From: Macrostomum lignano | Taxonomy: Eukaryota | Length of the DNA: 64,000 nucleotides | Reading direction: 5' to 3' | Assembly (NCBI GenBank): GCA_002269645.1 | Contig: NIVC01002196.1 | Location: 1-64,000, forward strand | Shown here: positions 39,844 through 50,902 of the stretch, one piece after another | How positions within the stretch are numbered: the stretch's first letter is position 1 | Layout of the letters: every line of letters begins with the position of its first letter | Made by a program: the position numbers and the translations under genes | The notes under the pieces: model-generated | What the model was told of the DNA's origin: nothing | What the model saw: only the letters and a program-made list of their open reading frames with translations | The model's database searches: none

Positions 39844-41832
39844 TTCATTTTACTTAGTTTTTGTTAAATTTTTAATATCAAAATCGAATCAATAAATCAA
39901 TAAAACACAACAATTATCCATCAATGATTCCAGGACCATGGGTTGGGGTAATTGGCTTACACAAGATTTTCAATCAGAATTTTTAATTTCCAATACAGAG
40001 AGCCCTGAATAAAAGCTAAAATATCAGAAACTAAAAACTGATCATTACACAATTATTAGTATTTCATTTCTATTAATATTATACTGTCTGTAGGAGCTAA
40101 ATTGAAATTAAGCCTACTTATTAGTTATTACTCGTTTAGACCTGTGTAATGTTATGTTTATTACGCATAGGCCTATGACTTTTAACCCCTTAGCCTTTTA
40201 AATAGACGTTTTATTGTATTACTATTGTTAATATTTTCGTATTTCTTTTAAACCTAGATCTAGAATATAAATATAAATAATAAGGGTTTTGTATGGACAT
40301 ATGCCAGTCTGGGCCTGAGGTATGACTCAGAGTATCAATGTCAAGGACTAGGCCTACTCAATGTCTGAGGTCTAAAATTATAGAATGAGATAGAAAATGA
40401 AGTAGGCCTATAGATTTTGCTGAACACTAGGCCTATTGCATTAATAAAAGATAGGGGCCTAAGCCTTATCTTTTTAATAACATTTTATACATGACATATG
40501 TTTTACCTTTAAATCTATGGTACAATTATTATTCCAAAGCTGAAATAGGGCTAGGCCTAGGCCTAGGGCCTACTTAAGTTTAGGATAAAACATTGTTTAT
40601 TCATAAAATCATAGGTTGCCACAACTTGATAAAGCTTAGGCCTAGCCTAGGATCTTATTATAATTATGAATTGATCCCTACTATACCTTAGGCCTAACCT
40701 AAACTTCTAAATATACTAAATCTCTAAGGTTTGTATGTCCATAACACTCTAAAGATAGCAATTCTTAACCAATTTTGATTGCATTTTTGCCAAAAGATGC
40801 AAATATCTTACTATTAGGCCTATTAGTTCTTATTTTGTTTCTTGAATTTCAAACTTTTAAGTTAGGCCTATTTAGTATTATTTAAGCTTACTTAGATATA
40901 AAAAACATAAAAGATTATCATTATATAATCTGTTAAAAGTATATTAACATTGAGTTATTAGTAACAATATGGCTTAGGCCCTAGTTTTAATTGGACTAAA
41001 ATATAATTATATAATAAGCCTTATTTTTTGTCCTAGAAAATGGCTTTTTACATTTGTAAAATTTTGTTTTAATATACATAGTAGGGCCTATTGAAAATAT
41101 TTTAAATATTTCAAATTTTATAAAAAAAATTGTTGAAATAAAAGTAAGAGAGCCTAAGAAATTTATAAATACATTAGCCACTAAATAGGAAAAATCAACT
41201 TTTTCTCCTCTTTTAAGTTTCTATATTAAAACAAAAAGATTAAACAATAGGCCTACTTCAACCTTTATCATTTAGTGCTAGCAAGAGACCTTGGGAAGAT
41301 ATAGGATATTGGAAAGATTCACTACTATTCTCAAAGAATGAAACCTCTAGATTCATAGTCTAAGAAATTGCCTTAAGGTAGAATATATGATATATTACCA
41401 GTATATACTTACAGTATTTAAAGTATAAAGATAGGCCTATATAAATTAGAAGATAAACCATAGGACAACTTTAGTGCAATTCTATATACTTTTTGATTTA
41501 ATGTATGTATAAGCCTAGTATTGCTACAGACAAAATTTTTAATGCAGCTATTGTTTTTGTTTTATGAAAAATAGGCATTTATAAAACTAAGTACTAAAAC
41601 AGTTTTGAAAAGTATGTGGAAAAATAAAATTTTCTAAAAGTCAAGCTGGTAAAATCAGGCATCACATAGCTTAGCTGATTTCTAAATTGCTATAATTTAC
41701 AAAAATCAAGCTTTCAACTCAAGAGATTAACATTAGTATTTAGAATGTGTAGTTTATTTTTAAGCAAGTGGTTTTTCCCACTTCTTACTGCAGACTTTCG
41801 CCCCAGCAGCAGCTGCTAGGCCCAGCCGCGGC

Positions 41833-44800
41833 ATGGCAACAGATGCAGAGAGTCTGCACTTGGCCCGCAGTGGCCACTCAGCTCAGTCCCGCCGCTCGTC
41901 AGCTGGCCCGCAGCCATACCAGCCGCAGTACTTCCAGCAGCAGCAGCAGACTCCGCAGCCACCTATTAAGCTGATGCAGCTGCAGCAGCACCGGCAGCCA
42001 TTGCTGAACCCGCCAGCCTACCCAAACCAATCTGTGCTGCCAGGCCCATACCATATCACCATCTCCGGCGGCGCTGGGCCCTACCAGCCGCCTGTGCAGC
42101 CGCCTGAGCACTGCGCTGAGACCAATACTGTGCTTACTAGTGAGACCGCCGCGTCTGCTAGCTGCCACGAAGCTGACACTGGGGTTAAGGTGTGTACTTT
42201 AGTATTTCAAATTAAGCGTGATGGTTATCGGAATGAGCAGCCAGTCACTCTTTGAGCATCGGGAATCGGAATGAGCAGCCAGTCACTCTTTGAGCATCGG
42301 GAATCGGAATGAGCAGCCAGTCACTCTTTGAGCATCGCGAATCGGAATGAGCAGCCAGTCACTCTTTGAGCATCGGGAATCGGAATGAGCAGCCAGTCAC
42401 TCTTTGAGCATCGGGAATCGGAATGAGCAGCCAGTCACTCCCTAAGCATGGAGATGAGCAGCCAGTCACTCCCTAAGCATGAAGAGATGAGCAGCCAGTC
42501 ACTCTCTAAGCATGGAGATGAGCAGCCAGTCACTCCCTAAGCATGAAGAGATGAGCAGCCAGTCACTCCCTAAGTATGAAGAGATGAGCAGCCAGTCACT
42601 CCCTAAGCATGGAGATGAGCAGCCAGTCACTCCCTAAGCATGAAGAGATGAGCAGCCAGTCACTCCCTAAGCATGAAGAGATGAGCAGCCAGTCACTCCC
42701 TAAGCATGGAGATGAGCAGCCAGTCACTCCCTAAGCATGAAGAGATGAGCAGCCAGTCACTCCCTAAGCATGGAGATGAGCAGCCAGTCACTCCCTAAGC
42801 ATGGAGATGAGCAGCCAGTCACTCCCTAAGCATGGAGATAAGCAGCCAGTCACTCAAATGCTTTCAAGCTACTATCAGTAGTATGATATTTCATGATATT
42901 TCTATTTGCATTTGCATTTTGTATTCCCAGTTATCTATCGTTCGCTATGAGCTCCCACGTAAACTCAGCGCCCTGTTTCTCACAATGACGCGCACAGGAC
43001 GCGGACTCCGGCATCGGCGCCGCCTCCTCCTGCAGCTGCGCTCGCGCCTCCACTGTCGGCTTGTCGGCCGCTCTTGGCGTAGCCGCGTTCGCCTCGCCGC
43101 CGCTGATGCTGGCGCTGCCCCGGTCCGGCGCCTTCGCCGCCTGGCCGCTGGGCGAGTGCGGCGTCGCCTGCGAAGGTCAGCTGCTTGGCCTGGCGTTCCG
43201 CCTGCTGGCCCTGCTGGTGGCCGCCTGGTGCCTGTTCTTCCGGCGCGCCCGCGCCTCCCTCCCCCGCGTGCTGGCTTTCAGGGCCTTCCTACTCTGCCTG
43301 CTGTTTGCCGTCATCGCCGTGTTCTGGGCGTTCTACGCGCTGCGGATTGTTCGGCAACGGGAGCGGGACTATGACACCGTGGTGCAGTTCGCCGTGGCGC
43401 TGGCCGACGCCCTGCTGTTCCTGCACTATCTGGGCGTCGTACTGCTCGAGATTCGGCATCTGCAGTGCCGCTTCTCCGTCAAGGTGTTGCGCTCTCCTGA
43501 CGGCGAGGCCCGGCTGTACACCCTCGGTGAGACCAGCGTGCAGCGAGCCGCTGTGCACGTGCTTCAGCGGTACTGCGTGGACTTCAGCGCGTTTAATCCG
43601 CATCTGCACAGCATGCTGACCATGTCCGGCGGCGGCGGCAGCGGCGCAAGGAACACCAGGCGGTACAAGTTCTACGAGCTTGATCGGGCCTCGTCTGCCG
43701 CGTCTGGCCACTCGCGCGGACAGTCCAGAGCCGAGGGCGGGCCTTCGTCTGCGGCTGAGCGATTCCAAGTGAGGATGCAGCTTGTAGCTGGGATGCTGGC
43801 CCAGCCTCCCAGATCCTCAGTTGCTTGGCCAGCCTCCAGATCCTCAGTTGCTGGGCCAGCCTCCCAGATCCTCAGTTGCTGGGCCAGCCTTCCAGATCCT
43901 CAGTTGCTGGGCCAGCCTCCCAGATCCTCAGTTGCTAGGCCAGCCTTCCAGATCCTCAGTTGCTAGGCCAGCTTCCCAGATCCTCATTTGCTAGGCCAGC
44001 CTCCCAGATCCTCAGTTGCTGGGCCAGCCAGTCAGATTTCCAGCCCGCATCTCAGTGTCCAGTATTTCAGTATCCGCCAGCTATATATTTCACTTCTTCC
44101 GCCACGCCGCGGCAGTTCGAATGCGACTTCGAGCGCCGTCTGCGCAAGCGTCGGGCTCGCCTCGTGTCGGCCGCCGACGAGGCCTTCGCCCATATCGGCA
44201 GGACTGCGCAGCATCGCTCTGACCAAAGCGCCGGCGCCGCTATCAGCCGTCAAATGGAAGCCTCGGAGGCTGCTCAGGCGGTGTTCCCGACGCTGCTTCG
44301 GCCGCTCCAGCGCTACCTTCGGGTCACCCGGCAGCAGCCGCGGTACAGCATGGACGCCGTGCTGCAACACCTGGCTGCTTGCATCCGGCATGGCCTGGGG
44401 CCCAGGGCGTTTATTGAGCGCTACCTGGGACAGGGCCGCGTGGTTGAGGACCCGCGATCTGGCACTGCCGGTCAGGTGAGGACTGGCAGCAAAATCCCAA
44501 CCCGTTTACACCATGTGCTCATTGTTTGTGTATGACCGCATTTCTCATAGTCATTGCCATAGTCTCATTATGACCAAATTTCTTGTTCATAGTATCATTA
44601 TGACCAAATTTCTTGTTCATAGTCATTTTGACCAGTTTTTTTTTCTCGTGGTCATATTATGAGCAAATTTATTGGTCATAGTATCATCATGACTCGTTTT
44701 ATTTTTTGTTTTAACCAGCTTTTGGATGTCGTTTCATGACCAGCTTATAACTAACTAGTCATCATAGATTGAGAGCTCCTTTATGAGCATATTTAGGAAC

Positions 44801-45203
44801 CTGTTGACTCATTATGAGCACTGCTAGGCATAGTGGGCCGTTATAATCAGACAGAATCAGAGTCTCATTTCGAGTCATGATCAGATCGGAGGATCATAGT
44901 GGCATTCTGATCAGATTTGAGAATCATGGTTTCCTATTATGAGCAATCACAATTTGTGATTGTATGAGCAGTGCTCAACCCTGCGCCTTCCCCTCTCCCC
45001 GCCCCTAGGCCTGGACACTTGCCAGCGACAGTCCGGCCTCGCGCTCGCTTGAGGACGGCGCCAATTTCTGTCTTCGCCGCGGCGCCGTCTCGCTGCTGTG
45101 CACCGTTCGCCGCGTGCCCTTCTTCGGCCTGGGCGAGGAGCTGCTTGAGCCGGCGGCCGGGCGCCGCTTCGTGCTGGACATTGGCGCCAACGCTATGGTT
45201 TAG
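41833..45203 (+). CDS. VANGL: Vang-like / Strabismus planar cell polarity protein (4 exons: 41833-42189, 42998-43768, 44116-44475, 45009-45203; about 560 aa)
   Basis: CGVACEG..L.LAFRLL.L....W.LFFRR.RASLPRV, VVQFAVALADALLF.HYL.VVLLE.R, FERRLRKRRARLV, QRYLRVTRQQP..MDAVLQHL, PRAFIERYL, WTLASD and RRVPFF.L.EE are all Vang hallmarks. GT-AG junctions, phase 0. The first donor could alternatively be at 42183. Confidence 0.92.
42228..42858. repeat. 31-38-bp minisatellite with core GAGCAGCCAGTCACTC, Vang intron
   Basis: A 38-bp block followed by 31/33-bp variants. Confidence 0.95.
43795..44035. repeat. 28-bp minisatellite (CAGCCTCCCAGATCCTCAGTTGCTGGGC)n, Vang intron
   Basis: Essentially the reverse complement of the unit at 33760-34410. 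Confidence 0.93.
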
Positions 45204-45404
45204 CAATCCAGGCATTGTGCGGTGGTTGATTGTGGATTCAGTATTATTAAATGGATCTCATTGCGTTCTGACGGTTACGATGACTGCTATGACTTCTTAG
45301 TGGCAACCAGTTGATGCGTTTTATGGTTTTTTATTGATAATTGTATTACTTCATCTCTACTGACCCTCGGTTTATCACTTTATGACTGCCAGAGTCTAAA
45401 ATGA

Positions 45405-45900
45405 CCTTCCTATGACCGCCAGAGTGAAACATAACCTTTATTATGACCGCCAGAGTGAAACACAACCTTTATTATGACCGCCAGAGTGAAACACAACCTT
45501 TATTATGACCGCCAGAGTGAAACATGACTATTATGACCAACAGAGTGAAACATGACTATTATGATCAACAGAGTGAAACATGACTATTATGATCAACAGA
45601 GTGAAACATGACTTTATTATGCCCACCAGAGTGAAACACAACTTTTATTATGACCGCCAGAGTGAAACACAACCTTTATTATGACCACCATAGTGAAACA
45701 TGACTATTATGACCAACAGAGTGAAACATGACTATTATGACCAACAGAGTGAAACATGACTATTATGACCAACAGAGTGAAACATGACTATTATGACCAA
45801 CAGAGTCAAACATGACTTTATTATGCCCACCATAGTGAAACACAACTTTTATTATGACCAACAGAGTGAAACATGACTATTATGACCACCAGAGGGAAAC
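45405..45900. repeat. 28-30-bp minisatellite (CAGAGTGAAACATGACTATTATGACCAA)n 3' of Vang
   Basis: Tandem repeat with variants. Confidence 0.92.
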
Positions 45901-46663
45901 AAGGCGTTTTGTTTCCAACATAGTCAAATATAACCATTTTTATTTGATCACCAGAGTGAAATAGGAACTTCCTATCACCATTAGTTAAATACGACTGCCA
46001 ATATTAGGAAATTCTGACTATAGATGTTATGATTAACTATTACTTGTCATATTGACCACCCTTGATCATAAACTTTTTTTTCAAATTTTATACGACAACT
46101 CATAGTTAAAAACAGTGTCTGCATGACCGGTTTGAATGACACCTGCTAACTGCTTTGTCGCATTCTGCTTTTAACAACAAAGTTTGCGTTTTTCAATTCT
46201 TTTATCTACTGTTATCTAAAGGCAGTCAACCGATATTAAATTTATAAAATTTGCAATCAAAATTTTCTCCATTTCCGGAAGCACTTGTCTCACCTAACTA
46301 CTTTATATTAGTAGCATTTGCACGCGCTGTCCTATAAAACAAGTATTGAAAGAATTTTTGCAATTTTTACTTTTATCATAATTTCTGCGACTTTGTTTTG
46401 CTAGTCTTGGCTTTGCAATTTACTGAGGTTTGCTTTGACCTTCATCTGTCACCTACCTCTATCTCGTATGTAATTAAATGCGTTGCTGCTGCTTTTTCTA
46501 TTCGGCAGCAATTGATGAAAATCAAAACTGCTTTAATTGTCTTTTTATTGCGCTGCTAATTTTGTTCGAGAGGGCGGTTCTTCTGCTTGCAAGGCCTATT
46601 GGCCAAAATTATTAAATATTAATTATTGCCTGGCACTTTCGGTATTATTTATTGATTGATTGA

Positions 46664-47302
46664 TTAGACTGGCATGTAGACCTCAGACAGGCAGGCAAAA
46701 GCAATGACACTTGACTTTGCTGCAGGGGTTCCGGGCATCTGGATAAAGCAGAGAGGTGTTGACCCCATTCCGCTAACCCCTGGCTTGAGGAGCTGCTGCC
46801 CAGACTGGCTGTCGGCGGGTTGGATGTGGAGGGCCTGGTTCTCAACGCTCGTCTTCAGGACTTGGAGCACAGGGCCATCTTGTGCGACCAGCTGGGAGTC
46901 CAACCTGCGCCAGATTTGGTCGGGATGTTCGGCCGAAAGGGGCGTCTCCTGGCCTTGAATAATTAGGGCCAGCTGCCTCTTGGCCATAGCCGCATAGGTG
47001 CGCTTTGACTTAAGTGGTTTGGCCAGCACAGAGGATCCCTCCGCAGCCGTGGCAGTTGCTATACGAGAAGAGGTCCCGCCACGGGAGGAGCCAGCCGCAC
47101 CAGGTTTGGCGGCACCCGACGCGCGGAGTCCGCCCCTTTGTCAGATGTCGTTATTCGCCTCAGAGGCGGCAGATGAGGCGGCTTCGCACTTCTCTGTTCT
47201 TCCGCTTTTCGCCGGCGGAATTTCTGGAAGCGGGCGATGCTGCAGGCCTTCTACTGGTATCTAGAGCTGTGGGCCCGCTACCCCATCATCCAGCTACTTC
47301 AG
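46664..47302 (-). mobile_element. Possible non-LTR retrotransposon ORF1 (gag-like) remnant
   Basis: Ser/Ala/Gly-rich stretch with an in-frame stop leading into KRTYAAMAKRQLALIIQG...LHIQPAD, reminiscent of LINE ORF1 (xYAxxxK). It is cut on the right by a TA-flanked element. Weak, motif-recall evidence. Confidence 0.35.
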
Positions 47303-47304
47303 TA

Positions 47305-49056
47305 TAGCATTTTGCAGCCCATTTGGGCTTACGCGCATTGTCAAAAATCAGCCTTTAGGATAATGCAATAGTCTATGGTTAAACCATGAGCACATTTATT
47401 TATTTTTTCACTTAAACTTCAGGATAATGATTTCAAACTCGGGATAATGGACACCTATTTTTAGAACAAAACAGCAAACACCAACAACAAAAGATTAGCG
47501 CTATGGAAAGTTAATTGTGCAGTATCAATATGGCGCAATTGTCATAGTGCCGAAGACCATTACAGATTGCAATTGTTGAAAGTGCAGTTGTTCATAATAA
47601 AGATATTCCGACCGTTCATCTGACGACCATCAGACACGCTCACTGCTTCTTGCACGATGGAACTTTGGATGCTGATGTCAGCAGGCATTGTTACTTGACC
47701 GTGGGTCGCGGCGCTTTGTCCCATGTTCAACGCACGCGACACTGCATCGCTGCATTGTTGCAGGGACTTGTCCCGTTTAACTGCCAGGTAGCGCCGGACC
47801 GTGCTCTCGGACTTTTGACCCGTGATAGCCATGATCTCGCTCATCGAATGCCCAGCCGATTCCAGGTCTCAAGAAGTTCAAAAAGTCTTCGTTATCCTTC
47901 ATGTCCTTCTGAGATGTGGAAAGTCTTGAGATCCAATTGAGTTCGCTGCTAGATACGTTGGCTAAACTTTCGACAGGCAGATTGCCCCAGTTGATCGGAT
48001 ATGACGTCTGGTTCTCCATGGCCAAGCGAATGTAGCTATTTACGTTTTATTCTCTCTTTCTCTCCACATCTCCTTCCTTTCCACCCTCTTAACCCCCAGC
48101 CTGTTTGTAACTTCGTTGTCTATGGCCCAAACTCCAGTAAACCACCTCAGTCTTTATGTCTCTCTCTCCTCGGTAACCCCTCTCTCCTTTCGATGCCCTT
48201 TTTGTCTATGGCCCCACTGAAATTCGACAATGCGGTTATTCGTAAGTGAGACTTTAGGATAATAGTCCTATGCTCACTCGTGCGCTGCGCGCACTCATGA
48301 GCCGGACTATTATCCTAAAGTCTCACTTACGAATAACCAACCATTTAATTTAATCCAAGATACGTTTGCCAATGTAACAGAGTTTTTTCTATGGTAGCAA
48401 GGCTGACGCAGCGGCATTTAATTTGGTCCAAAAAGCATCCATTTGGTCCAAACACTCGTGAGCCATTGGACAAACTCTTGCCTTCTCTCAACCGTCTGCA
48501 GGTTGTTGCGCACCGCTGGAATGTCAGCGTCTCTACCAGCAATTTTCAGTTGCTTTTCCAGAGCTCTGCTGATAGTCAAAATCTGATAACCAACTGGAGC
48601 TGTTCCCTCAACTTCTGCTGCATTTTCTGAAACGTCAACAAAGGGTTCGTCTCCACTGCATCGAGTAGCAGTTGGACCTGAGGCTCTCGAGCAACTTTCC
48701 TTGGCGATTGCCACCCTTTCGCAGGCAATCTCTGCCGGCAGAGTTTCAAGGCGCTGCTGGATGTTGTAAACCACATTTTCTTTTACATTCAGCAACCTTG
48801 CAATGTCCTTTGGGTGTTCACCTCCGTCGAGTGCTTCGATCACAAGCCAATGACATTCGTTCAACAGCCTAGCATATGGTCCACAATTCTGGGACTGAGC
48901 TGCAAATGAACTAAATGGACCAAATTGATGCTTGTTGGACCAAATTAAATGCCGCTGTGCCAGCCTTGCTACCATAGACAAAAGCTCCATTACTTTGACA
49001 AACATATCTTGGATTAAATTCAATGCGCGTAAGCCCAAATGGGCTGCAAAAAGCTA
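47305..49056 (-). mobile_element. IS630/Tc1-type non-autonomous element A, about 140-bp TIRs, left TIR split by a 1-kb insertion
   Basis: TA at 47303-47304 and 49057-49058. Right TIR 48916-49056 matches left TIR pieces 47305-47340 plus 48347-48450. The interior encodes a frameshifted transposase N-terminus (HTH IARLLNVKENVVYNI; AVETNPLLTFQKMQQKL; TISRAL...RRQEFVQWL). Confidence 0.85.
47341..48346 (-). mobile_element. Crypton-like (tyrosine recombinase) element remnant nested in element A
   Basis: 47560-47865 encodes LESAGHSMSEIMAITGQKSESTVRRY...NCTFNNCNL, the YR C-terminal box with the catalytic Tyr and a typical tail. Terminal 105-bp hairpin at 48234-48338. No TSD, only CATT microhomology at the junctions. 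Confidence 0.65.
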
Positions 49057-49248
49057 TATTATCGTGAGTGGCGCCAAGATTGTTAGAGTTAGAGGCACCG
49101 TAAGTTATAGTGCTTCCACGGTACCATCCTTGGTTGGCGTTCCAGCAGCATCAAGGGAAGCGGTGGATGTAATACAATGTTCCATAGGTCGCTGAAAGGC
49201 GAAAAGGGCAAAGGTCTGAGACAGCCTCCGCTATCAGTACGTGTACTA

Positions 49249-49777
49249 TAGCATTTTGCAGTCAAGTTTGAACTGCGGGCATTCAAATTAGACGCTTGAC
49301 CAGATCTCACTGCTGGCACAAATGCTATCTATGGCCTAGACAAAATCACACTGGTGGGCACTCAATTTAGACAAGGGGCATTCAAATTAGACAAGTTCTC
49401 AGGCGCATTGGCTGGGCAATTCAAGATCGTGTTGCGTCTGTTGTACACTGATGATCTCTTGACATCCAACATGTTGGCAATTTCAGCCACAGAGTCACCA
49501 CGTTGGCATGCCCCAATAATGAGGTCACGCTTCTCTCTGGAAATTCTTGCATAGCGACGAATCGGATTGTCCATGGTCTTTCTCTCTGGCACACATAGAC
49601 TTTCCGCTGCTTGTCTAATTTGAATGCCCGTTGTCTAAATTGAGTGCCCGTCAGTGTGTTTCAGTTTGTGCCACAGACATAAAGTTCTGCTTGACTTGGG
49701 GACGGATTCTGAAATTTGGCTCTTCCCTTCTTGTCTAATTTGAATGCCCGCAGTTCAAACTTGACTGCAAAATGCTA
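49249..49777 (-). mobile_element. IS630/Tc1-type non-autonomous element B (529 bp)
   Basis: Perfect 45-bp TIRs (49249-49293 and 49733-49777), TA duplication (49247-49248 and 49778-49779). Carries the transposase start RRYARISREKRDLIIGACQRGDSVAEIANMLDVKRSSVYN (HTH). Confidence 0.9.
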
Positions 49778-50902
49778 TAGGGGTAACAGCAATTTCAAGT
49801 TGAGTCCCATTGAAGATCAAACCAGTAGCAGATAAAAAAATTAAATCATCTGCTCTCTGAACGGCTTTCACCGACCTTGCAGGGGCTAGGAAAACGCAAA
49901 ACCGCTTATTCTCAGTCAGACGGAACAAAGGAGAAGGCGGAGAGCACTGTATGGCGCTTTCTTGCAGTAATCACTTTGCTAAAGTATAACTGCCGCTCTA
50001 CTGCTCTCTCCCCGATAATCTTGTCAACAGCGGTTTTTACGGTTGTGTAATTCGGCTTACAGTCTGCCCTCTCCGCGTTCCCAACTCTGCCCTGAGTAGC
50101 CCAAATCACTTTCATCGTCTTCGATCGATCGCCTCTTGTTCTGCCTCTTCTCCCCCTCTAAAATGCATCTGTTCCTGTATCCTCTCGCGTGCCTCTCTCT
50201 GTATCTCCCTCACTCACCTGTCATTCTCTGTTATTCTTCTGGCCATCTCGTCTCTCTTCCCTTCAGTTTTATTTTTCTGATCAGATCTTCAGTGAGTTGG
50301 AAATACAAAACGGTTAATGGAAATTTAACGGTCCTGCTTTTTGACTGTAAAAACATATAACTGCTTGCTATTCTATTCTATCTGGCAAAATGAAAGGCAT
50401 GTGTTTATTCATCAACGCCAAGTGCCGAGTGCGCGCTTGTCCTCGCAGCGTCAGAAGCAGTACCTCCTTGTACGTCTCGGCACGGATGATGTGGCCCGCC
50501 AGCTGGAGTTAAGCCGTGTTACCAGCCACAAGACAATCGGCTGTGAACGAATGAAACCTATCAATAATTTAAAAATGCGCGCCGCCGGGAAGTGCTGCGA
50601 ATAACAGTTAATGAAAATGATCCAGCCACTACGCAGGCGTGCGTCACTCAACACACTTGACGAAGTCTTGTCAGCTCCAATCCTCCCAGGGAAGTGTGTG
50701 ATTCATAGCTCAGATGAACTTGTGCTCGAGGTTCGAATGTAGGTATTTCACAAAAACAAAAAATCGAATTCTTGGCTGGGATTCAAGTTAGGTTTAACTC
50801 AGAGTTAAGCTCCTACACCAAGAAAGCTCATTTATTGGGCTCTTTCTGTTCCAGGAAAGTGGTTGTCTATGGGTAAATTCTCGCACGGAAAGCTAAAAAT
50901 AT

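Noticed and set aside
50609-50740. Possible first exon MKMIQPLRRRASLNTLDEVL...
   Set aside because: No downstream in-frame exon could be identified; it lies within a TE cluster.
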